A stretch of 64,000 nucleotides of DNA from the human T2T-CHM13v2.0 reference genome, Homo sapiens. The notes below the pieces were generated by a model. That model did no database searches and was not told the origin of the DNA. It was given only the letters and a program-made list of their open reading frames with translations. Both the position numbers and the translations under genes were made by a program. Position 1 is the first letter of the stretch; each line of letters begins with the position of its first letter. Where the stretch lies: NCBI RefSeq assembly GCF_009914755.1, contig NC_060930.1; one strand, 5' to 3'. Shown here piece by piece: positions 25,601 through 39,030 of this stretch.

Positions 25601-28600
25601 TTCAACCTCAATGGCTTAAGCTTTAATCTATCTGGCTATTTTCCATTATGATAGTTTGCTTCTCATTAAAAGTGGAGTCTCCTACAATTATCCATTGTCG
25701 ACTTGTGAAACAGCAACTGTCTCTATCTTGGTCATTGTGTTGCCTTATAGGTTTACAAGGTCATAATGGGCAAAAATCATGTTTACCACATTATACTACC
25801 AACTGCACACTCCTCCATGTGGGTAAGGATTATATGTACTTGGTGATGATAACATGCTTTTATCACTTAGATTTGCTTCAGAAAACACAGCTGGTACAAC
25901 ATGTTTACAGCTGTAATTCCATCAGTTACTGTTAAAACTGAATATTATAAATTCTCCAAATAGTTAGAAAAAGAAAATGTACTAATTAAAATGTAAAAAT
26001 AGTTCTTCCATTGAATTACCTGAATAAACCACATGCTAAAACAGTTCTGGATTAATGATTAATCAGGCTTTCATAATATTAATAGCTAACATTTTTCAGT
26101 GCTTTCCATGTTCCAAGCACTGTGCAAAGTGCTAATTATCCTAACACTGCAAATAACTCCACACAGAAGAGGAAGCTGACACTTAAACTTGCTCAAACTC
26201 ACCCAAGAGTTAGATCTAAACTCAGATTTACTTTTTCCAGCATCTATGTAAACATGCACAACATAGAGAAAGTATAAATGAAAGGAAGTACATTTTGGTT
26301 CTAAAAGCTTGATATTAACATTGATTGATATTTTAAAAGTAGGCAAGGCTCAGATGTATCTGACTATTCCACAGCCTCTTATGACTTCATGGGGAATTAT
26401 ATAGGATTTCAAGTTAATTCTCTGGGGATCATGCAATGTCTTTATCAATCCTTGTCTATCAACATTTGAATATGCAAAAATGAAATCAAGAATCTCTGCT
26501 TCCCTTCCAGGGCTATGTGATATATCTCTGAAGAAGAAATTCAAATAAAATATAGAGGTAACTACTTTTTTGTAATTAAAAATTCAAGCCGATGAATTTT
26601 TTGTTAGCATTTTGCAACTACTACATTAGCAACATTTAATATATAATATAGACAGTGTAGGCACGGCTGCAGTAAATGGAATTTTATTAGCTTCACTGCT
26701 TTTGATTTGGTGACATTGCTTAAGGTAATTTATCATAAGGAAATAAAGTGATAGAAACCAAAATGCTATATGGAAGTATTAGTCATCAAAATGAAAACAA
26801 TTTTAACAGTAATTTGATACAACGTGGTATGTGGATATAATACAGTCATTTAAGTGATTAATATGATGTCTATGTATAGTATACGTTTTTTTAAAAAGCA
26901 CAAACTACTACTTTCAGCATACCCACATGATTACATTTGCACAAAAATGGACAGGTACTGGGAGGTAACAGGTAAAAACCAAAATACTTGGCTTTGAATA
27001 GTAAGATTGTGAATCATTTTTGTGGGCGAATTTTTATTATGGTTTTCCCAATGTTTCAACAATTTTTACGACAAAGGAGAGGAAAGCACCTAGTCTCACA
27101 ATGATGAGACTTAGATAATTGATGTAATGCTCTTTTTAAGTAGATCAAACCAAAGATGTTGGCTTGCCACACAATAACTGACTTTGCTTTTAAAACAGGA
27201 GCAAAAATGTAAAAGTTTCTCAGGTAGCTGATTATATTCAGGGAAACCTGAATAAGAGACTCTTTATATTCTAATACAACTTCTGACAATGATTTCTTTT
27301 CAGCAGCACTGAGGGTGGTTCCCTTATGCAGTTTTTTTTTTTTTTTTTTTTTTTGGCTATTGTATACTAACATGATAGAATGTTTTGATGAAAAACAGGA
27401 CCCAGTAGAATTAAGCAAAGAAGAAAAATGTACTGAAATTTTTACAAATCAGTATTAAAATATTTTGGTAGTTTGTTTCAATACTTAATCTTTAAATCTT
27501 TCTAATTGTGTTTATCCACACAGATCAGATTTATCACAGATCTTTATTTTTTCCATTATATTAGATTTTGCTTCTGTTGAATAAAATAAACTTATGATGA
27601 AAAGTCTTATAAAAAAACATGTCTTTTGTTACCTTTGCAAAATCAAGACTCCGAATCCAGTCTAATCTGTCTCCTCCCAAGCAAAAAATCTTGGGGAAAA
27701 AGCTGAAATGCTATTACCTGAAAATTTATGTAAGATTGTACATTTACTTTCCAACCAGTCTGAAGGCTGAGGAGTTTGCAAGGAAAGCAAGAAAAAGTTA
27801 AAATGTCTAAACAAAAGCCTGACTGGCTCCAAATCTAGTTGCTTAATCACCAGGGCCCAAGTGGGCAGTAAGAGACATCTGTGGGGTTGAAAGCAGCAGA
27901 ACTTACAAACTTCAAACATGTGTTTCCCAATCATCTCTTCTGTCTCCCCAGAGGGATAAAAATAAAGCAACATTAGTTAAATCTTGAGGAGTGAGTAGTC
28001 ACCTTAGAATTAGGTCAAAAAAATGAAAGGTAAAATCAAATTAGCCATTTCTTTATCTTATTCATTGAATATTCAGAGTTTGAGGAGAGAAACTGGAGTG
28101 CCTGATTGATATGCAACTTTCAGTTAACTACAGGCTTCATTTATACTTGATATTCTGGCCTGATTCATTCTGATAAGTTGACACATTCCAATAGGGTTGC
28201 TTGTGATAAAGGTTAACGCATTGCCCTTTATGCTTATTATGCTTTCTCTACAAAGACATATTCAATAAATATTTATATTAATTTATCTTTTTGTTTTGAG
28301 ACAGTTTATAGGGTCATATGAATGGAGTCAGGAGATCTATGTTTGAAGCTTGGCTCCACTTACTACTTGTGTGACCTTGAGTAGGCTATGAATTTTAGTA
28401 TACTCAACTTTAAAACAGATGGTGGTGATAATAGCAACTCTGTCATTAAGATAAACCTCAAGTTTCTTATTTGACAAAATTTAATAGGTTCTTCTTTGTG
28501 TAAAAGAATTTAAGGGCTATGTACCAGCACTGTTCTAGGCTATAGAGACTCAGCAGTGAGTCCCTGATATCCTGGCATTCATGGAGTCAAATACAATTAA

Positions 28601-30283
28601 TTAAGATATTATATAATTTCACAGGTGGTGACAACTGCTGCAAGGGGAAGTGCAGTAAGCCAAATGATCCATTTGAAGGAGAGCTATTTTAGGTGGAGGT
28701 GGTGGTCAGGTAAGGCCTTTCTTAGTAAAGTGGTATTTGACCAGAAACTAAATGAAGCAAGGGGAGGGGCGGGGTGAGTCATATGTGTATATCTGGCATC
28801 ACACATCTGCCTAATTTTATTTAGGCAAGTTTCCACATATAAATGTGACATACATTTGTACAGGAAGCTACTATATAGAGAAACAGGAGTTTGAAAGAAG
28901 CCTGGGGATTAAAGAGACCAGCAGGAAATTATATAAAGAAAAAGTGGAAGAATATGTCAGTGGAGAAAAGGAAACTTTTTTCTCACATGAAGCTTCTGCA
29001 GTTGAGCACAAACACTGTGGTCTACAGGATCCCTAGAGAGTGGAAGGGAAGCTGAGTACCTAGAAGTAGGCTCCTGCAGGCAGCAAGCTCCAAGGGGTGC
29101 TTAACTATTCCTTTCTGCCAATCTTTCCTAGTGGGGCTACTCAACTTTAGGTACAAGGATAAGCTGCACTGGAAAATAGGAAAAGGAACCCAGTTAGGGT
29201 TGAATAGGGGTCTTGGGCTGATGATCTTGTTTCTTCACCCACAGTCCTTTTGAGATCTGTGCATAGGATACAATTAACTTAGAAATCAGTATAAGAGTCA
29301 GCCCAGGTGTAGTACATACCTAAATAAAGGACTTTCTGAAAATGATCAATTTCTCCCTCTGTATAAATACTGGGATAGGTGTTGCATAAGCAATTCTTTG
29401 AAAACTCTCTAAAAGAATATTAAATGTAGGCAATGTAGAAAAAAAGAAAAAAAAACTGACTCATTGTTCTCCTGGGCTTCCTCTTCACTCTGTGGCAAAG
29501 AGTCCAAATTCTTATATGGCAGTTCTAAGTTCAAAGACATTTACTTCAGATGACAGTGCCATTTTTATAGCATGTTAACCAGTTACGTGAAACAAGCTCT
29601 CGCTAGTATGTGCTTGAATTACTGGCCTGAAAAGTCTATTAGTACTAAATGTTTTAGGAAACAAGCTACTCCAAACTTCAGTTTCTTAGGGGTTATCTGT
29701 TACACAGTTCAATTAGTTAGTTTCCCAATCCATCTAGACTTCAACATTGAATTTGATTTTACAATCTCAGGGACTTGAAAAGCTTCCACTTCTGCAAATG
29801 CTATTTCCCAGCTCTAGTCTGTCTACCACTTACTCACAATTAGCTGCTTTACACTCTCACCACACCCTTCAGCCTCTCTGAGAGCCAGGCAGTAATGGCC
29901 ATTTCTGGGGCTACATCTAAGTAGTTCACAGCTGTATCCTAAACTCTCAGCATAGGGTCTGGTTCAGAGTAACAACTTAATACGTATTTATTAAGTGAAC
30001 AAACAAATGTCTGAAATCCTCTGTCTTGGATCAGCAATTATCGGTTATCTTTTCTGAGAAGCTTGGAGAGAAGGTGCGCAGATAATTATTTAACAAGAGT
30101 GTTAATTTTTATTTCCTCCCCTTTTTATCTGATTACTAGATGGGCAGACAGAGAAAATGTATTAGGCAAAGTCTATATGACTAAGTCTCTCAAGATGTCC
30201 ACGTGGGGAAATTTAGTCTGAATCCGAATACCGTTAGGGAGATTTCACAACTGCTGCACAAATATGCTCTAAAGGAACTGATG

Positions 30284-30647
<364 letters not shown>

Positions 30648-31338
30648 TCAGCCTTTACAGCTCTGACCTTCCTTGGACATTTTCTATACAATATTTTAAT
30701 TTGTATTACCATCTTAAACTAGAGGAAAATAAGGTTTTCCAAATTTGACATTAAAGAAGGCAGTGCATATTTTGGAATAGTGAATCAAGATCCCCAAAAA
30801 ACCTGTGACAGATTAGCACAATGGGCTAAAATTAACCTAATTAGGCAGCATTTCTAAGAAATTTCCTATGGGGGGAAAAGTGACAGTGGTAGCTTTTGTG
30901 AAGTCTTAGGGATAAATGTAAATACCTACTTCAATTCAGGTAACAGTCCAAAAAAGCACCAATTGGGGCAAAACAGCAATTCATGTGAAAAAGAAAAGAG
31001 TTCTGACACTAAGCCCAACCTGAGTAACACAGATGTCTGCCAAAAAAACAAACAAACAAAAAACAAAAAAAAGCTAATGTGGTTTTAGCCAACGTTAAGA
31101 GAATTGTGCTATCTTTAGAAATCAACCAAATATTTACGGAACTTTTACTGGCATTGTTCTAAGCACCAACAGAAAAGTGGGGAATAGAGAAGAATCAGGC
31201 ATAATCCTTGCTTTTAAGGTACTATTTAGTCATAGGAAGATTAGCAATTACAAAACAACGTAATAAAAGACACAATTTGACAGTCTCAACTATCAAGGCA
31301 ATGAGCCTTCAGAATTCCCAAAGCCCAACCCCCACCAC

Positions 31339-31372
<34 letters not shown>

Positions 31373-34300
31373 AGAGGGGTTCATTATACTCCACAGGTGT
31401 AGCCCATTAACTGATGTTTGGAATCATGGCCTTAAGTCATTAATAATCTGCTGTAAATAAGGTCCATTACTCTCTTTAGAGAAACCAAGTAATAGAAATA
31501 CACATTTTAGAAATTGTCTTTTTGGTTTGGTTAGTCGTTTTAGTTATAAATGAAATATAATTCATGTATCTGAAAAATTTAATTGTGGGGATAAGCTCAT
31601 TCCTGAATGGGGTCAAATAAATCAGGCACTGCTGTATATAGTTAAGCATTGAAGTGTACAGGTCAATCTGTAAAGCCTAAGAAAAGAAGGAAATGAGCCT
31701 AAGAGGTCAGAGAGATGAGATATCCTGTAACAAACTACAGAGCCAAGCCAGATTTGTGGGCTTTGATTACTCTGAGGTCATGGCACAACCAAAGACTTTG
31801 GAGTGCTGATGGGAGGATGTAGTGGGGACAGCGGGGGAGGGAAGAGCTGCTGCTGCTTCTAGATAAGGCATGTGTATAATTTGTATACTTTACCAAAATA
31901 CCAGCATCATGTCATTCTTTACAGCTATGGTACACTAGATACCCAACAATGGCACATTTCCTTTTCAGGTGGGGTCTCCAGTGCACTATATTTTCCCTTA
32001 TTTGTACCTATGTTTGAACTTGTAACGCTAGAAAAAAAATCATGCCACCAAGTGGATGCGTGCCACCCCAAATTTGTGGCCTTTAATCTCAGTTGGCCTT
32101 CAGTGAAGCACAGAGTCTCTTCCACAGCCGACGTGTTTTTGTTTTTGCTAAATGCTTGCAGCAGCCTTTCCAAACCTCCACCTCATCCTTATTTTCATCC
32201 CCTTCAGGTGTGACCTACTTTACTTCCTACTTCATGAAGTACATTCTGTCCTCTACATTACTGCTTCCCAGATGAAATCTATTCTAACATTCACCCATCC
32301 TTTCTTCTTCACAGGAAAGACACCTCTTCTTCTGTTCTAGGCTAATTCCTTGGTCTTCACAGCTGTTGAGACTGTGGTCTTTCTCCCTTCACATTTCCAG
32401 CCTCATTTTCCTCTTCCTCCTCCTCTGCAGGCTCCTTTGAGCCACCCTCCTTGATGCCTCTTTGCAGCATCTTCCTCTGCCCACCTTTAGATGTCCTATT
32501 CCCCCATAGTCACAGATTCTTTCCATGGTTGTCTTCTCACACTGACTTGGGCAGCATATTCCACTAGCTCTTCCTGAGGGCTCCACTCTCCACACTTCCA
32601 TCCTCTGCACAAGCTCTTTAGCTTTCTGGGTTGTCTGCTCCATTGATACATTTGCCCAGGATCTGCTGTGTTTCAGTATGTTCAAATTTTTCTTTTTGAA
32701 CTGATTTTCACACTAAGCTCAAAAGACCTTCTCCGTCCACCCCTTCTAAAACTCTCAACAGCACCTCTACTACAGGTTCTCTCATGCAATCACTGTCTCC
32801 ATTTTTATCTTCTTGTAACTTATCAACTCCTTGAAATAAGAGACTGCATTGTTATTTGCCATATATTTATGTGGGTAAGGGCTCAAAAAATATCAAGTGA
32901 ATGGATGAATTTTATATACGTAAAATATGATGTCAGTAATGATATGACTCAGAAAATATCCAAACATCTTCTGCATGACCAATTGGTGGGGCTACTGTTT
33001 GATAAGGATGTGGACCAAGTAACTTAATGCTCCTACCAAGAGAAAGAATTTATGATGTTATGATGATCCTATACCAAGTAAATCTCCTTAAAGTTACTGT
33101 TTTAAAGACTAGAAATTAATAAAGTCTAAATAAAGTATATAATAAAAGTACACTGGTGGTATTATTTTTTCCTTCTTATGTTTCCCAGCAGACACTCAAA
33201 CACTTCAAACACAGAGAGGTAACTTTTGCTCTGTGTTATGATGGCCTGGGTCACTGGCTAATGAAGACCTAAACCTTTCTTTCATTCTAGACCTATAAAC
33301 CTAGTAGTTCTTGGAGAAAAGGGATTTACCTTTGTTCCTCAGATGTCCTCTAACTTTCTGCAGTAACTGCTAACAAACCATTTGACACTATCTGGGTGTG
33401 CTAGACTTAGGGAAATTTGTGTCGTCAGCAGCTCCACTGGAGACATCATGTGGCTGGAAGCAAGGGATGATGATAAGAACATCTTTTCCCCTACTATGTA
33501 CAATTTTTATTTTCAAGATAAAGCTACTTATATTTAAAGCTTTTTAAAATACCAGGTCTTACAGTGCATGTGTGAAAGAAAATAACTTCATAGTTTCTGG
33601 CATGGCTGGAGAGATTAAAAGAGCAATATTTGTTGAGTAAAATCACAGTTTTCAACCTTCCTGAGACTGTTATTTCCTCACTAATTCCCCTTAAGCAAAA
33701 CATTTAAGATTGGTATGAAGTTAAGAGACCACATTTTTTTCTTCTGAGGACTACCTTTCATGGAAATGATAAAATGAAAGCAAATTATTCCACAAGGTCC
33801 AATAAAACAGCCAAATCCTCCCAATAAATTCGTAGACACCATTACCCTTAAACACCCCCCACTTATCGGAGGGAGAAAAAGAAAACTTCCTTAGATCCAT
33901 TCAAATATAAAAACAGTCTTTACTACATTAAATTTTATAAAATCCCATTGTTAAATACTTCCTCTCAAAGTCCTGCCAAATGGGAGGATCACTGTTCAAA
34001 CAGACAAGGAATATATGACCTCCTCCCACTGCCCTGATGAACATCAGGGTTATACTTTGGCACACATACAGATCTATTTTCTACAAAGGATGCAGCTTTC
34101 CAGAGATGTGAAGGATCTGGAATGAGAACACCAGCACTCATCAACCCACTTCCTCTATTGGAAGGGAGTCTCCCAAATAAGTCCTCTGAAGGAAATACTG
34201 AAATGAAGTCACCCATGTTTTGTAAAGTAACAGTAGCTTGATGATGTGACTGTGTCAGAAGTGACACAAGGTATAGCAGTTAGAACAAAAGTTCACTGGG

Positions 34301-36924
34301 ACTTTTAATAAAGCAAATTTCGATAAATATTTACACAGATGCACACACAGTTATTTGTTCTGCTTCAACAGGACTCATCCAAGTGCTAGTTTTAAAATAT
34401 AAACAGTGGGAAACTGCTGTAGTAATGACTAGCAAAATACTGCAATTATTTGCAAGAGCTGAAAACTGTTCCTTTAATAAAAAGTAGGAAGCTGTGTGGG
34501 AGAAAAAGGAGTGAAATTCTCTAGCAAGTGAGGCCAGTTGGAATTTAATAATTCACTTTGGCAATCATATTTGTTTAGTCAGCAGGCCAATGTTCCTACT
34601 GTGCTGCACAATGCCAGGGACAGTCTTCATCTTAAATGCCCACTGTTAAGAGAGCAAATGTTTCTAGCCAAGCTACATAAATACTATTACTGCAGCAGTC
34701 CTTGAATACATACCATTTATTACATATCTCTGAGAAGATCTGTGCAGCACAGTAAAGACTCTTGTTAGTTCAGAGATTAATTTGCCTGAGATGGCACCAG
34801 GGTATTTGAAAATGTGTTATTAAGCAATATTTCGGAAGTGGCCTATGTGTCAGCAGATAGTTATGCTCTAGTTACAGAATATAAGATAGTCCCCAAATGA
34901 TATTTTTAACATCTCTTTAGTAATATAAACAGAGACCAAGACATGGAAACCTCTCATGGTTTTCTCTTTTTATTGCAGTGTTTTAGTCTTCAAGGATATT
35001 TTCCTCATCACTGTTCATCAAAATTAACTTCCTCTTCAAAAGTCAGATATAAAAGTGAAGAGATTATAAAAGCATGCATATATTGCTATAGTTTTAAAAG
35101 CAGATAGATGTATAATTAGATATATAGATAAATAGATAATTAGAATAACACAATTAAAGTAACATCTACTGTGCAAACAGCTCAAATTTATAAATAACAA
35201 ACTAGCCATCTACAGAAGGTCCATATAGAAATCAGGGATGTAAAGAAATAGAAAATATATAAAACTGAATTTATATCTGTACATATCTACTCATACAAAT
35301 ATGTTTCCTGTGCTTATTCTCTGGTTCCCTTATGTTTAGACTCTTAAATATAATTTAATTGGTTAAATTAACACTTCACCAGGATTTGCCTTTTAGTAGT
35401 TATGTTTGGTAACCCAAAAGCCACAGACCTCTTTTTTTAACTGGTACATATTCAAATAATGCCTAGCAAATATTTTGTTTTCCTTTCATAAATATATGGC
35501 AGAAATGTTTGTGGAAAAATCTAAACCTTCTTTCAATGGAGGAGGAGAGAGAATTAAGTGTTTGGAAAGAGGGGAATTCTGTCCATAAAAAAGCACAGAG
35601 TTTCCTAACTCCAAGGCAATGAAACTTGTGCAGTTAGTCCCAAACAGGATTACTTCCTTTCCACCAAAAAGTGCCTTGATATAACCCCACCCACCACCAT
35701 CGAAAGGGGCAGAACCCACAGAGCATAGCCCAGGAGAGGTCAGCCTCCTGCACACCAGAGACCCAGAGTGGGGCCTGGGGGCACCAGAATGCGGAGTGAT
35801 TTCTTGGTGGTGCATGGGGAGCTGACATTTTTTAGAGTGCACTAGAGGAAAACAATCAACTCAGAGAAATAGTTTTAAAAGACTCAATGTTCAGGTCTGA
35901 ATTTAGAGCAATAATAGATTGAGATTTAAAAATCTTCAAACTTATACTACAAGAGCTGACCACAAAGCTCCAAGAATGACAGGTGTGGAACGAAGAAACA
36001 TCACGAAGGAAGAGAAGTGCCAAGTCTCATTTAACACCCTCAGCCTTAACTGTCTATGAATTTGGTTAAGTTCTCTACTTGGAAGACAAAACATCATGCT
36101 GTATATAACTTGATAAATAATAATTTTGTTTTAAAAAACCTTTTTAGAAAATTGTGAATAGTTTACCTCTAGCATTCCTCATAGTCCTTGCTGACGAGGG
36201 CAGCTGTGATATAGAAAAATAACATCCCTTTATGGCTATCTTTGCCAAAATAGCTTCTCACTCTGCAGGCCCAGTCTGATCCAAACCTCAGAATCTCCTG
36301 GACTAACAACAACTCAGGCCATTGTGATTTAGAAGTATCTCAGTACTAGAGAAGACACCAGGATGGCCAGGAGACAATGGCAGCATTAGAAGGCCCTAGT
36401 TGAACAGAATATATAATTTCATTTAACAGCTGCTGAAGCTCATTACGCTGGCATGAATGATTCTTTACAACCACAAAAAGAAAGAAAAACAGACAGCAGC
36501 CTATTTACAGATGCAGTGAGAGCTGTCCCTTGCTTTCCAGCTTTCAAGGGAAGCAAAACATGTCTGCATAATAACTTTAACCTATAATTCAACGCTATTT
36601 AAAAGTGTAGCTTGCCATAAGCTTACAGGGATATTTTTATACTACATTTTCAAAACCTCCACAATCTCTCAGCAGTTTCTGACTGTATTGCTTCCAGGCT
36701 TGCTGCTACCTGCTGCGGGGCCAATCAGGCAGCAATCTAGCCAGCACAGGCAATCTCTATGGCACACACCCTCCTTGCACTCAAACATTTCTATCCAAAC
36801 ATACTTTGTATATCTTCATGTTTTCAACCTGAGGAAAGTATAGCTCAAATGCCTTCCACAACTTTTCTAGCTTAGTGTTCTTTCTTTTGTGATCTTCAGC
36901 ACCTTATTCTTTACTTTAGATTCT

Positions 36925-37115
36925 CTGCCACTTACTGAGTAACCTTGAGCAAGTCATTTGGCTTTTCTATGCCTCAGTTTCCGTACATGTAAAGTTACGA
37001 AGGCACCTACCTCACAGAGCTATTGTGAGGATTAAATTATGACTAACACAAGTAAAGCACCTAGAACAGTTCCTGGCAGATAGCATACACTCAAAAAATG
37101 CCATTCAGAGTTTCA
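36925..37115 (+). mobile_element. MIR SINE
   Basis: ctctgccacttact..accttgagcaagtcattt..gcctcagtttcc; ttgtgaggattaaat. Confidence 0.8.
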
Positions 37116-37901
37116 TTATTACTAGCACTACTTAGGACATCATACACCATTACTACTGATTTCACACATACATCTTCTACCCCACCTCAAGAAAAGTTGC
37201 CTGAAGACAAGTATTGGCATCCAGAGGGAGTAAGGTGCATATTAGTACCCTTCCTTGCCCTCCTCCCTCTTCCTACCCCTTCTGCACTCTCCACCCGTAT
37301 CCCAAATACACACACTGAGGAGTACTGCTATGATGGGTTAGGTTTACAGACATTTTCTTGGCCAGTGCACTGAGCTGAAGGTTCAAGGACATGTAGGCAT
37401 GGTCGTTACGCCATTTGCACAGACTTCCATGGGGACGTTCTTCCTCCCAAAAGCAAGGAGGAAGGTGTGTTCTGGAACAGGTCCCAACTTTTGCTTCTCT
37501 TCCATCTTCTCAGATAATCTTTCTTCTTCAACATATGTCATAAAAAGAACTGTCCAATATAGGGCTCTAGGTTACTGGAGTGTGAAATTAATAATTCCAG
37601 TGTGGCTCATTAGCATTCTACAGTGGGCTTGGAGCAGATGTCCTACTTAGTAATAAGATGTTATTCTGTTTTCTTTTCCGCTCCTTAGCATCTATTTCCT
37701 GTGGAACTTTTTCAGAGAGGGGTAGCTGATTTCAGGTAGTGTTGGGGCTCTGGTCCACATACCATCATATTTGCACTCTTACGTGTAACCACAGGGATCA
37801 AGGTTTTTTCAACTTTGCATCTTTCAGCATCTAACACCATTCTTTATACAAACAGGCATTCAATATTTATTGAAGTAAGCTGTTGTTCACCCTTTTATTT
37901 G

Positions 37902-37951
37902 TTTATTTATTTATTTTGAGAGAGGGTCTCACTCTGTTGCCCAGGCTGGAG
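37902..37951 (-). mobile_element. Extremely 5'-truncated Alu
   Basis: Only ~35 nt of the Alu 3' end plus a (TTTA)n tail, flanked by ACCCTTTTATTT / ACCTTTTTATTT. Confidence 0.7.
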
Positions 37952-38714
37952 ACCTTTTTATTTTTTAAATGTTACTAACATTCTGGTAGGGTCAGTCACA
38001 ATGATAGAGGTACTATTATTTAACTAAACTAAATTCAAAATTTAAAGAACATTTCATAATAACAAATACTAGTCTAATGCCTACTAGTAAATTTCAAACG
38101 TCACTATGACCTACAAGGCTTTACAATACCTGGCCTTTGCTTACCTCTGACTCTGTTTTGCTGATTTTGTACCAGAATACTTCATAACTTTTACTTGATC
38201 TGATACCTCTGGTCATCTGCACTTGCTGTTGCCTCTGCCTGAATGTTTTTTCCCCAAAATTGCACATGGTTGGCTCCTCCTCATGACTTCTGTCTCAGGA
38301 CAAAGAAGGAGCCCATAGGATGAAGACAAGGGAATGAGGGAATTATTCCCCTGAGGAAATGAAAATTGGATTGAGACCTAAAGTATTAATGTGCATGTAT
38401 GTGTATGCGTATGTATGGGTATATGTGTTTGGGGGTAGAGGTGAATAAAATAAGAGCACTCAATCTATGCAGAGGGAAGAGATGAGGCAAAGATTTTGAG
38501 ATACGAAGGAAAAGAACAAGGTTGTCTGAACAATTGGAAGTCAGTGGTCAGTGTGGGGGGACAGCAGTAGGTGGGGCATACATCAGATTACAAAGACCTC
38601 TTTAGAATAAGCTCTACAAGAGGGGCAGTATAGGACTTACACACATTAGCCCTAAAGTAATATATAAAACTGAGTTACAGATTACTCATTCTTCATAAGA
38701 AAGAAAGAAAAATC

Positions 38715-39030
<316 letters not shown>

